From contig CANQWW010000001.1 of assembly GCA_947627655.1 (NCBI GenBank), positions 1 through 48,131 of the forward strand: 48,131 nt of DNA. The letters are read 5' to 3'. The position numbers were made by a program, and so were the translations under genes. Positions 29,884-38,500 of this stretch are shown one piece after another. Origin of the DNA: an uncultured Acinetobacter sp. Lineage in GTDB: Bacteria; Pseudomonadota; Gammaproteobacteria; Pseudomonadales; Moraxellaceae. The stretch's first letter is position 1. Every line of letters begins with the position of its first letter. The notes below the pieces were generated by a model that saw only the letters and a list, made by a program, of their open reading frames with translations, ran no database searches and had not been told where the DNA came from.

Positions 29884-30852
29884 ATGAAAACTTTAAAACC
29901 AATATTCCTAGCAATTGCTCTCAGCACCGCAACCATCACTACCCTAGCTGCTGAAACCACCATTCCAGCCCAAAAACAAGTCGCTGGCTACTACCATCAC
30001 CAAATCGGTAATACCCAAATCACTGCCCTGCTTGATGGAACAAATTACCTCAATCCTTCTATGTTTACAGGGTTAACCAGTGAACAAAAAACTGAGATTC
30101 TAAAGAAATACCATGCTGACCAGGGCAAGGGTATCCAAACCTCAGTCAATGCTTTCCTGATCAATACCGGCAATCAACTGCTCATGGTCGACAGCGGTGC
30201 TGCCAGCTGCTTTGGCGAACACCTTGGTTCAATCTATAACAACCTCAAAGCATCAGGCTATCAGCCCGCACAAGTGAATGATATTTTCCTGACTCACTTA
30301 CATCCAGATCATGTCTGCGGAATTTCCAACAATGGTGTAGCAAATTATCCGAACGCGACGTTGCATATTGCAAAAATTGAATATGATTACTGGCTCAGCC
30401 CAAATACTGTAAAGAAATTACCTAAGGACAAACAGACGGGTTTCCTCGGCACAGTTGAGAAAATTAAAGCTGCACTCGCCCCTTATGAGAAAGCCAAAAA
30501 AGTAAAAGTCTTCTCTGACAAATCTTTAGCAGTCGGTGGCATCGAATTTAAGCCATCTTTTGGCCATACCCCAGGACATTACAGTTTTAAACTGAAAGCT
30601 GAGGGTCAGGAAGTCGCATTTATTGGTGATATCGTACATTCACATACTTTGCAATTCGACAAACCTGAAACAGCGATAGAATTTGATATTGATCCTAAAA
30701 CAGCGGTAGAAACCCGCTTAAAACACTTTGCCGAATATGCACAAGAAGGTCAGCTCATTGCCGCACCACATTTACCATTCCCGGGGATTGGTCATATTTA
30801 TTCAAAGGATGGAAAGAGCTATCAATGGATACCGGTGCATTTTAAAGACTAA
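29884..30852 (+). CDS. Exported MBL-fold metallo-hydrolase (methyl-parathion hydrolase/lactonase-like)
   Basis: Signal peptide; THLHPDH, GHTPGH, FIGDIVH and HLPFPGIG motifs. Confidence 0.88.
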   Translation: MKTLKPIFLAIALSTATITTLAAETTIPAQKQVAGYYHHQIGNTQITALLDGTNYLNPSMFTGLTSEQKTEILKKYHADQGKGIQTSVNAFLINTGNQLLMVDSGAASCFGEHLGSIYNNLKASGYQPAQVNDIFLTHLHPDHVCGISNNGVANYPNATLHIAKIEYDYWLSPNTVKKLPKDKQTGFLGTVEKIKAALAPYEKAKKVKVFSDKSLAVGGIEFKPSFGHTPGHYSFKLKAEGQEVAFIGDIVHSHTLQFDKPETAIEFDIDPKTAVETRLKHFAEYAQEGQLIAAPHLPFPGIGHIYSKDGKSYQWIPVHFKD

Positions 30853-30919
30853 TTTCAATGACAGCCTTTTCCCTTTGAAAGATGGCGAAACTGCTTCGTA
30901 AGGATGAAGATAAAAGGAC

Positions 30920-31543
30920 TTACTTCATCCCAAAGATCAGTTTTAAGCCCAATACTGTCATCACTGCGCCCGCAGCACGGTCAAAGCCAGCCTTAAACTT
31001 CAAATACACTCGACGCGGTTTTTCAGCAGAAAGTGCAACGGCTACCAGTGAACACCAGCCTGCATCAATAAAGAAGCACAGCACCGGTAAAATAAAATAA
31101 AAGTAGATGGGAATTTCTTTCGGTAAAAGTGCAGTAAAAATACTGGCTAAAATAATGGCAATTTTAGGATTAGAGAGCTGGGTAATCAGACCGGTGGTAT
31201 AGGCTCGACGCAATGACATTTGCGTAACTGTTTCATCATCTGCACTAATAGGTTCTTTGGCATGTTTAATAATTTTAAACGCCAGCCAAAGCAGATATAT
31301 GCCGCCACAGATTTTCAAGGCCAGGTAGGCAGAAGGTACTGCCAGTAAAAATGCCTGTAGCCCCAATACAGCAAGCAAACCGAAAATAGCCGCTCCCGTA
31401 CCGGTTCCTAAAGCAGTACACAAGCCATGTTTACGTGAAATCGCAATCGAATTTTTCGCAACATAAATAGATGTTGGCCCAGGACTCATTGCCCCTAACA
31501 TTAAGGCAAAGGCAATTGAACCCAAAATCAAAAATGATTCCAC
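30920..31543 (-). CDS. LysE/RhtB family translocator
   Basis: MSPGP, GGIYLLWLA and LSNPK motifs; several hydrophobic TM segments; GTG start. Confidence 0.9.
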   Translation of the reverse strand: MESFLILGSIAFALMLGAMSPGPTSIYVAKNSIAISRKHGLCTALGTGTGAAIFGLLAVLGLQAFLLAVPSAYLALKICGGIYLLWLAFKIIKHAKEPISADDETVTQMSLRRAYTTGLITQLSNPKIAIILASIFTALLPKEIPIYFYFILPVLCFFIDAGWCSLVAVALSAEKPRRVYLKFKAGFDRAAGAVMTVLGLKLIFGMK

Positions 31544-31582
31544 AATACAACTCAGCTAAATTTTGATTAGCTTATTCTAAGC

Positions 31583-31610
31583 AAAATGCAGCCTAAATGC
31601 TGCATTTTTT
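31583..31610. terminator. Intrinsic terminator-like hairpin downstream of the small lipoprotein gene
   Basis: AAAATGCAGC-CTAAAT-GCTGCATTTTTT. Confidence 0.65.
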
Positions 31611-31640
31611 ATACGGCAATACTCCATTTTGTGCTTGTTA

Positions 31641-31835
31641 TTATTTAACAGCAGGCTGCTGCATATCCTGTACAATCAATTGCGACTGAGACAAACGGTA
31701 GTCATGATCGTGCACCGGTACACCGCCAATAATCATGGTCCTGAGCTCTGTCCTCGGTTTGTTCACATGATCATTGTCACACGCGGTCAAACTCAGTAAC
31801 AGCGTTGTAAATAATATACAGGATAGTTTTTTCAT
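31641..31835 (-). CDS. Small lipoprotein (64 aa)
   Basis: MKK plus hydrophobic core and lipobox LTAC; strong AGGAGG RBS. Confidence 0.82.
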   Translation of the reverse strand: MKKLSCILFTTLLLSLTACDNDHVNKPRTELRTMIIGGVPVHDHDYRLSQSQLIVQDMQQPAVK

Positions 31836-32018
31836 TATTCTACCCTCCTGGTTTTTACCCTATTGGTCTTAGCTTAACATTTTCTGTATATTTTTCATTC
31901 AATTATTTTGTGACAAGCTGCATCATCAGTTCAGCAATTTTGGATACTTCATAAAAGCTCCCACTGCTGTTGCAGAACTTCGTTATAATTTTTAGGTTCT
32001 TTATGCTAAAGATTACAC

Positions 32019-32879
32019 ATGTTTGATTCAATTGCCCGACAGATTACTAACCAGGCCCTCCATCTACACGGTTTTCAAGTGACCTTGCGACGCCTGGATC
32101 AGGTGCATCCGCAAATATCAGGCAATAAGTTTTTTAAACTGAAGTATAACTTTCTGGAAGCACAGCGCCTTGGCTTTAAGAAGCTACTGACCTTTGGCGG
32201 TGCCTATTCCAATCATATTGCCGCAACGGCATTTGCCGCCCAACAGTTCGGTTTTGGCAGTGTGGGAATCATTCGTGGTGAAGAACTGCAGGATAAACTG
32301 CTTAATCCAACATTACAGACGGCACAAGATCTCGGCATGCAGCTGCATTTTGTTAGCCGTGAGGATTATCGCCGCAAACAGCAAGTTCAATTCTTAAATG
32401 AACTAGAACAGCAATTTCCTGAGCATTATGTGATTCCTGAAGGTGGCACCAATAATTTTGCGATACAAGGCTGCCGTGAAATTCTCACAGTTGCAGATCA
32501 ACAGTTTGATCTGATCTGCTGTGCTGTAGGCACTGGAGGCACCATCACCGGCTTAATTGATGCAAGTCAGCCTCACCAGCAGGTATTGGGATTTTCCGCG
32601 CTGAAAGGCGCTTTTCTGAATGAGGATATTGCCAAGTTGACCCGTAAAACAAATTGGCAAATTACAGACAACTATTGCTGTGGCGGCTATGCCAAGACTA
32701 CACCTGAACTGATGCAGTTTATTCAGCAATTTGAAGCTGACCATGACGTTCCATTAGAACAGGTCTATACTGGAAAAATGCTGTTTGGACTGACAGACCT
32801 GCTGCAAAAAGGCCATATCCCGGCTGAAACTGAAATTCTGGTGATTCATACCGGTGGTCTGCAAGGACGTAAGGCCTAA
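32019..32879 (+). CDS. PLP-dependent ACC deaminase/D-cysteine desulfhydrase family protein
   Basis: SGNKFFKL (PLP lysine), FGGAYSNH, PEGG, GTGGT, YTGK and IHTGG motifs. Confidence 0.9.
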   Translation: MFDSIARQITNQALHLHGFQVTLRRLDQVHPQISGNKFFKLKYNFLEAQRLGFKKLLTFGGAYSNHIAATAFAAQQFGFGSVGIIRGEELQDKLLNPTLQTAQDLGMQLHFVSREDYRRKQQVQFLNELEQQFPEHYVIPEGGTNNFAIQGCREILTVADQQFDLICCAVGTGGTITGLIDASQPHQQVLGFSALKGAFLNEDIAKLTRKTNWQITDNYCCGGYAKTTPELMQFIQQFEADHDVPLEQVYTGKMLFGLTDLLQKGHIPAETEILVIHTGGLQGRKA

Positions 32880-32887
32880 TTCATCAC

Positions 32888-33214
32888 TTATACTGTCCCA
32901 ACTGGCTGCTCATCATTTAAAGCAATCAGTCCCTTGGCCAGACGATAAATATTCCAGACAAACACCACAAACAGAATCACAAAACCTATAAGTACCGTGG
33001 TTAACAACCCTCCGATCAGATAGCCAATCAGGCTGACCCAAAAGGTTCTGATCTGCCAGCTGGCATGACTTTCCAGCCAGGTGCCCTGCATTTCATTCCG
33101 TTTAATATAGTTCATGATGACCGCAATAATGGGGGTAACTCCAACGAAGTAGCCCAGAATGTAGAGAATATAGGTAATCAGATTATATTGTTTTAGTTTT
33201 TCTATATCTGCCAT
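32888..33214 (-). CDS. Small membrane protein (DUF4870-like)
   Basis: Three hydrophobic segments; SHASWQIRTFW motif; AAGGA RBS. Confidence 0.8.
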   Translation of the reverse strand: MADIEKLKQYNLITYILYILGYFVGVTPIIAVIMNYIKRNEMQGTWLESHASWQIRTFWVSLIGYLIGGLLTTVLIGFVILFVVFVWNIYRLAKGLIALNDEQPVGTV

Positions 33215-33389
33215 TCGCTTTGTCCTTAGGCTGTGTGCTTGATCAAACTATATAAGTCGTTTTTATTGATTTCAAATGATGGGTGATGAATGACAATGAA
33301 GACGCTGAATGAATTTGTTATGGATGACTAGAGAAAGCTGAAATAAAATTGTCTATAATGCTTTCCTTTTCTTCTCCCTTGAGTGTGTC

Positions 33390-34573
33390 ATGTCTTCCAA
33401 GCAATACGATGTTTTAGTCATAGGTGCAGGTGCGTCAGGTTTAATGACCGCATATATGGCTGCGCAACGTGGTCGAAAAGTTGTTGTGGTAGAAAAAGCC
33501 AACAAGGTGGGCAAGAAGATTCTCATGTCCGGTGGCGGCAAATGTAATTTTACTAATCTATATGTCGAGCCTGAAAACTATATTTCTCATAATCCACATT
33601 TTGTGATTTCTGCGCTAACCCGTTATACCAACTGGGATTTTATCGGACTGGTCTGTGAGTATGGCATTGAGTATGAAGAACGCAAACATGGCCAACTTTT
33701 TACTCTGAATGGTGCCAAGGAAATCCTGTCCATGTTGTTGGCAGAATGCGACAAAACTGGTCTGGTCGAGATCAAAACCAGCTGTGAAGTCAAAGCAATC
33801 AAGGTTTCCAAGTCGCAACGTCTTCAGGATATTTCGAAGTGGAATCGGTGGTGGTTGCATCTGGCGGTTTGTCAATTCCAACTCTCGGGGGGTCTGGTAT
33901 TGGCTATGAAATTGCTAAACAGTTCGGCCATTATGTCTATCCGACCCGTGCCGGATTAGTGCCCTTTACCTTCTCGGACGGTTTTAAGGAAGTCACTACA
34001 CGTTTGAGCGGTAATGCCGTTGAAGCTACCCTGTCCAATGAACTCAACAGCTTCACTGAAGCGCTGTTATTCACCCACCGGGGGCTCAGTGGCCCAAGCT
34101 CTTTACAGCTCTCAAATTATTGGAATATTGGGCAAAGCTTTAAGGTGGATTTCCTGCCGAGTGTAGATCTGTTTGACTTCTTTAAGTTTAAAAAACAGAG
34201 CCAGCCGAAGGTCTTGTTACGGACTTTGCTCACCGAGCATTTACCAAAAAGCGTAGTCTTGGAATTACAGAATCTGATCTGGGCAGAGGTGACTGAAACT
34301 TCGATTGGTAATATCAGTGACGATAAACTGGAGCAAACCGCCAAACGTCTGCACGATTTTGAGGTGAAACCCTCAGGGACTGAAGGCTACCGCACTGCTG
34401 AAGTCACTTTAGGTGGGGTAGATACGACTGAAGTGTCTTCTAAAACCATGGAAAGCAAAAAACAGAAAGGCTTGTTCTTTGTCGGTGAAATTCTGGATGT
34501 GACCGGCCATCTAGGCGGATTTAATTTCCAATGGGCATGGTCATCTGCACATGCCGCATCAGAATATGTGTAA
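33390..34573 (+). pseudogene. Frameshifted NAD(P)/FAD-dependent oxidoreductase (BaiN/YhiN/HI0933 family)
   Basis: The N-terminal half (GAGASG, GKKILMSGGGKCNFTN) and the C-terminal half (ASGGLSIP, FTHRGLSGP, GHLGGFNFQWAWSS) are in different frames. The switch is at ~33800, between ...EVKAI and QGFQVATSSGYF... Confidence 0.85.
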
Positions 34574-34603
34574 TCCATACAGGCTTTAGAGTCAGTTTTA
34601 AGC

Positions 34604-34756
34604 TCACTCCAGATAGTCGGTTTTAAACAGGTCGAGATGGGCCGTACTTTCAAGACGGTCAATCGTTAATTGCATCTTCTGAATAGCATCTTGCAGATAG
34701 GAAGGCGCTTCTCTTTCTAAATTGATGTTTAAAATATTCTTAAGTGTATTCAACAT
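34604..34756 (-). CDS. Small hypothetical protein (50 aa), below the ORF-track cut-off
   Basis: MLNTLKNILNINLEREAPSYLQDAIQKMQLTIDRLESTAHLDLFKTDYLE; GGAG RBS 9 nt upstream; occupies otherwise empty space. Confidence 0.55.
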   Translation of the reverse strand: MLNTLKNILNINLEREAPSYLQDAIQKMQLTIDRLESTAHLDLFKTDYLE

Positions 34757-34881
34757 TTTAATGATCTCCATTTTATTTATCATTTATTTTTAATAAGCAA
34801 GTATTAGACCAAATACCCTAATACTTATTTGAATATTACATAAAATATTGATCAAAAAATAGCCCTGAAGATCATAGTTTT

Positions 34882-35055
34882 TTAAGAATCTTCTAAATTA
34901 TTGTCTTTCACTTCAGTCTCTTGTATAGAGGGCTTTTTCTGTTCACTTTCTTTAGATTCTGTAAAAATAAAACGATAAGCTGCGGTAAAGAAGCCAATCG
35001 TAATTCCGGCAATCACCAAGGGCTCAAGTATCTTATTAGGTTTTCTTTTATTCAT
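34882..35055 (-). CDS. Small single-pass membrane protein (57 aa), below the ORF-track cut-off
   Basis: MNKRKPNKILEPLVIAGITIGFFTAAYRFIFTESKESEQKKPSIQETEVKDNNLEDS; GAGGA RBS; basic N-terminus, TM helix, acidic tail. Confidence 0.65.
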   Translation of the reverse strand: MNKRKPNKILEPLVIAGITIGFFTAAYRFIFTESKESEQKKPSIQETEVKDNNLEDS

Positions 35056-35075
35056 TCATTTTTCCTCATGCCTGG

Positions 35076-35109
35076 AAAAAAATCGACCACTTAAGCGTGG
35101 CCGATTTTT
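35076..35109 (-). terminator. Intrinsic terminator after the CmpX-like gene
   Basis: Minus strand reads AAAAATCGGCCAC-GCTTAA-GTGGTCGATTTTTTT. Confidence 0.8.
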
Positions 35110-35124
35110 GTTGAACCGAACAGG

Positions 35125-36957
35125 TTAATTCGGGTCATCTTTCTTAGGGTGACTATCTACATTAGATTCTTCTTCACCCGTTGAACCAAATGGATTATTG
35201 CTCGCTGGATGAGTCGGATCTACTTGAACCGAATCAGGAACTGCCTGATCTGGATCTGGTGTAACCTGATCAATACCTGAAGCTTCATCATCCTGTGGTG
35301 CAGTAGTGAGGGATGCAGGGGTACTATTCGATAAGTCAGTACGCATTGGCACATTGTCATCATTAGACTGACCTGGAGTAGGCACGCTATTCGCCCCTGT
35401 TGTTGCAGTTGAATCAGTTGCTGAAGTTGAGCTACCTGAACCAAATGCTGCTGTCATGATATCGGTATCATTTTTCAAAGGGTTCGGCTCTTTGGCTTCA
35501 CGTTTTGCCTTGTCAATCAGATCAGTCAATACACGCTCTGCCGGCTGACGGCCACCTAGACCAAAGGCCAGTGCAAACGCGACTGCGACAGAACCCAGTG
35601 TCAGACCGAAAGCAAGATTGACGATCGAATCTGCGATACCCATGGCACGCAAGCCCATCGCCACAACAAGACCCATAATCAGCACACGGACCAGATTTGC
35701 TAACCAGCGTGAACTGTTATATTCACCACGTTGTACGATATTGGCCACAATATTGGCTAGCCAGAAGCCGATTACCAGAATCACTGCACCTAACAGAATG
35801 TTCGCACCGAAGTAGATGAACATCGCAATCAGGCTACTGATCTGATCAAAGCCCAGACGGTTTGCTGCTTCAGATACTGCAAACAGCATGGTGAACAGAA
35901 TAATCAGGCAACCCACGACATGAGATAGTTTCGTTGTCCCCAGGAAGCGCTGTACACCCAGTTTTGCCGGAACTTCATCTACACCTGTACCTGCCACGAC
36001 TTCTGTTACCAGATTGGCCACCAGCTTAGACACCACATATGCCAGAATCAGGATTAATGCTGCCGCAATGATATTTGGAATGGCATTCATCACTTCATAC
36101 AGCATGGCTGTTGCCGGCTCGGAAATCGCCTGAATACCCAATGCTTCAAAGGCAATAATCAGCGCTGTAATCAGTACAACGGCGAAGATAAATGAACCAA
36201 TGACCTGGGTGACATTGGAATTCTTGAAAATACCAACTTTTTCTGCCTGCTGTTGCACGTTCAGGCTACGCATCAAGCCTTCGACAATACCACGTACAAT
36301 TTTTGCTAAGATATAACCGACGAAAACAATCACACCCGCAATGAAGATATTTGGCAGATAGCCCACTACATCATTGACCATGTTCTGCACTGGATACAGC
36401 AAGCCGCTGAGGCCCAGAATCGACAGTACGATTGGCAGGAACAACAATAGGATCAGCCAGTAAATAATATCACTGATATTTTCACTGAGCGGTCTTACGC
36501 CCACTTCTGAACTGAGCTTTTCATCCAGTTGGGTACGGTTAAGTAGTTTTTGCAGGCCGACCTTGACCAGATTCGCCACGATCCAGCCAATGAATCCGAC
36601 TGCAATTGCCGCAAGTAACTGAGGAATAAACAACAGGAACTGCTGAAGCATATTACTGAATGGCCCGCTGACATTGGTCAGGTTCAGTACATTTAAAGCA
36701 CCGACCACTGCCATGATCAGGATCAGCCAAAATACGATGCGGGCAAGAATACTTTCCATATTGGAACGGTGGCCTGTTGCATGGGTCAACCGTTGATTTG
36801 TCCCTAATTTCTGCAAGAGCTTTTTAACCCCTGCAGACACTAATAAAGCAACGACCCAACCGACCAGTAAAATCGCCACAGCACTTAAAATGGGATGGAA
36901 TTGCTCCCAATAGTACATGGCATCATAACTGCCCGGTCCTCTCATATATTCATTCAT
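35125..36957 (-). CDS. CmpX-like TM-helix-repeat (mechanosensitive channel-associated) membrane protein
   Basis: Repeated P(Q/N)I..A..I..VG(W/Y)I.A modules, ALAFGLGGR motif, acidic low-complexity C-terminal tail. Confidence 0.85.
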   Translation of the reverse strand: MNEYMRGPGSYDAMYYWEQFHPILSAVAILLVGWVVALLVSAGVKKLLQKLGTNQRLTHATGHRSNMESILARIVFWLILIMAVVGALNVLNLTNVSGPFSNMLQQFLLFIPQLLAAIAVGFIGWIVANLVKVGLQKLLNRTQLDEKLSSEVGVRPLSENISDIIYWLILLLFLPIVLSILGLSGLLYPVQNMVNDVVGYLPNIFIAGVIVFVGYILAKIVRGIVEGLMRSLNVQQQAEKVGIFKNSNVTQVIGSFIFAVVLITALIIAFEALGIQAISEPATAMLYEVMNAIPNIIAAALILILAYVVSKLVANLVTEVVAGTGVDEVPAKLGVQRFLGTTKLSHVVGCLIILFTMLFAVSEAANRLGFDQISSLIAMFIYFGANILLGAVILVIGFWLANIVANIVQRGEYNSSRWLANLVRVLIMGLVVAMGLRAMGIADSIVNLAFGLTLGSVAVAFALAFGLGGRQPAERVLTDLIDKAKREAKEPNPLKNDTDIMTAAFGSGSSTSATDSTATTGANSVPTPGQSNDDNVPMRTDLSNSTPASLTTAPQDDEASGIDQVTPDPDQAVPDSVQVDPTHPASNNPFGSTGEEESNVDSHPKKDDPN

Positions 36958-37116
36958 GTTGTTATGCCCTCTTGTATTGCTTTATTTATAAGTATTCACA
37001 AACTTTTTGTTAGAAAGTTGCAAAGCTGTTTGCCGTACATACTTCACATTAGAATTCGGACTTTTTTTATTCAATGCAGAAATGCACAAATACAACAATT
37101 CACCACATTAGATTGC

Positions 37117-37147
37117 AAAAAAACCCTGCTTGTTAACCAGGGCTTTT
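37117..37147 (-). terminator. Intrinsic terminator
   Basis: Minus strand reads AAAAGCCCTG-N9-CAGGGTTTTTTT. Confidence 0.65.
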
Positions 37148-37158
37148 AGACAGGAGCC

Positions 37159-37533
37159 TTACTGACCAGAGCTGCTGCTAGAGCCAGCAGAGTCAGTTGC
37201 GGTAGCTATATCCATACCACCTGCAGTGTCTTCTGCAGTTGCTTCGGTTGTACCAGTGATACCACTCAGGTTAGCCGGCTGATCCAGATCCTGGCTTCGC
37301 CCTTCCTCAGCCTGAGCAGGGATCGTATCATTCATGGTAGCGGGTTCCATGGCCGGGTTTGGATGATCTGGTGGTGCATCACTCGATTTTGGATTCATAT
37401 CGGCAAACATATAGATCAGTAATGCCAGTAGAAAAACACCAACTAAAATCAGAATATAAACAGGAATCCTTTTTTTCTTCCGGTTTTCCTCGTCATAATC
37501 TGAAGGTGGTGTTTTGTTGAAATCATTAGCCAT
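37159..37533 (-). CDS. Hypothetical single-TM protein with disordered acidic C-terminus
   Basis: RKKKR followed by a hydrophobic helix; start placed at MANDF (GAGGA RBS). Confidence 0.75.
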   Translation of the reverse strand: MANDFNKTPPSDYDEENRKKKRIPVYILILVGVFLLALLIYMFADMNPKSSDAPPDHPNPAMEPATMNDTIPAQAEEGRSQDLDQPANLSGITGTTEATAEDTAGGMDIATATDSAGSSSSSGQ

Positions 37534-37675
37534 AACCATCCTCTCTGTTTTTATCATGTCATCTGTTATGTTTCATCATAACAAGTTGATTTTTTAACTT
37601 GTGTGAAAAAACTAGGTGAGATGGTGACGGCGTGTAAGTCTGTTACAGCGCAGAATTTTCTACGCTGTTCGTTAT

Positions 37676-38491
37676 TTAAAATAATCTTTTGCCGGGTTCG
37701 TGCTGCACTTCAACTGGGGTTTCATGTTCATCTTTGAGCTGTACGCCTGAAAGCTGCAATACACAGGATTTTCGCATCAGTGAAACGAGGCGCTGGATGG
37801 CCAGTGGATAGGATAGTCCTGCCGGACGGACATTCGAAATGCAGTTTCTGAGTGCATCATGACAGCCTAGAAACGCATCATAAGTATAGTAAATTCCCAT
37901 ACTATCCGGAGAACTCAGTCCAGGACGTTCGCCGATCAGCATCACCAGCATTTTGGCCTTTAAAATTTCTGCCACTTCATCGCCCAATGCGACACGACTA
38001 CCGCGAGCAATCACTAATGGTGCGATGCTCCAACCTTGTACTTTGCAAGCCTCCACTAAAGCAGGGATGAAATGTAGCGCATTTTCTTCAATGGCACGTG
38101 CAGACAGCCCATCTCCCGCAATGATCACGACATCCCAGTTGTCCTGACGTTCAGCCCGGTATTGCTGTAACATCGCTTTAGATTTATCAGACAGGATACG
38201 TCCCAAGTCAGGTCGTTTTAGATACTGGTCTTTATCTACTGCCTGGCTTTCAATTTCTAAAACTGGTAAGCCAATCTTGCCTAAATTGTCTTTAAGTTGA
38301 TCAATGTCGAGTGGCTTAAGCACAGCATCCTTGGCTTGGGCATGGGCCAGTTGGAATTCCAGACTTGGTCTGGTCGGCAAGCTGCCACCGGCACGGCCCA
38401 AAGCAATGCGTGCATCAGTATAGGCTTTAAGTTGTTGCCAGGGACTGTCTTGCAGCTGTGATTGAAATTGCACATCAGGAATCAGTTTCAT
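37676..38491 (-). CDS. eutC: Ethanolamine ammonia-lyase small subunit
   Basis: TDARIALGRAG, YLKRPDLGR, DGLSA, IGERPGL and RNCISN motifs. Confidence 0.95.
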   Translation of the reverse strand: MKLIPDVQFQSQLQDSPWQQLKAYTDARIALGRAGGSLPTRPSLEFQLAHAQAKDAVLKPLDIDQLKDNLGKIGLPVLEIESQAVDKDQYLKRPDLGRILSDKSKAMLQQYRAERQDNWDVVIIAGDGLSARAIEENALHFIPALVEACKVQGWSIAPLVIARGSRVALGDEVAEILKAKMLVMLIGERPGLSSPDSMGIYYTYDAFLGCHDALRNCISNVRPAGLSYPLAIQRLVSLMRKSCVLQLSGVQLKDEHETPVEVQHEPGKRLF

Positions 38492-38500
38492 CATCACTCC

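Noticed and set aside
29884-30852. MBL-fold gene as a carbapenemase or other resistance gene
   Set aside because: The motif context (HLHPDH, GHTPGH, GDIVH, HLPFPG) fits the hydrolase/lactonase branch, not class B beta-lactamases.
33390-34573. Programmed ribosomal frameshift, or two separate genes, in the flavoprotein locus
   Set aside because: There is no slippery heptamer at the junction and the family is normally a single polypeptide, so a mutation or assembly error is simpler.
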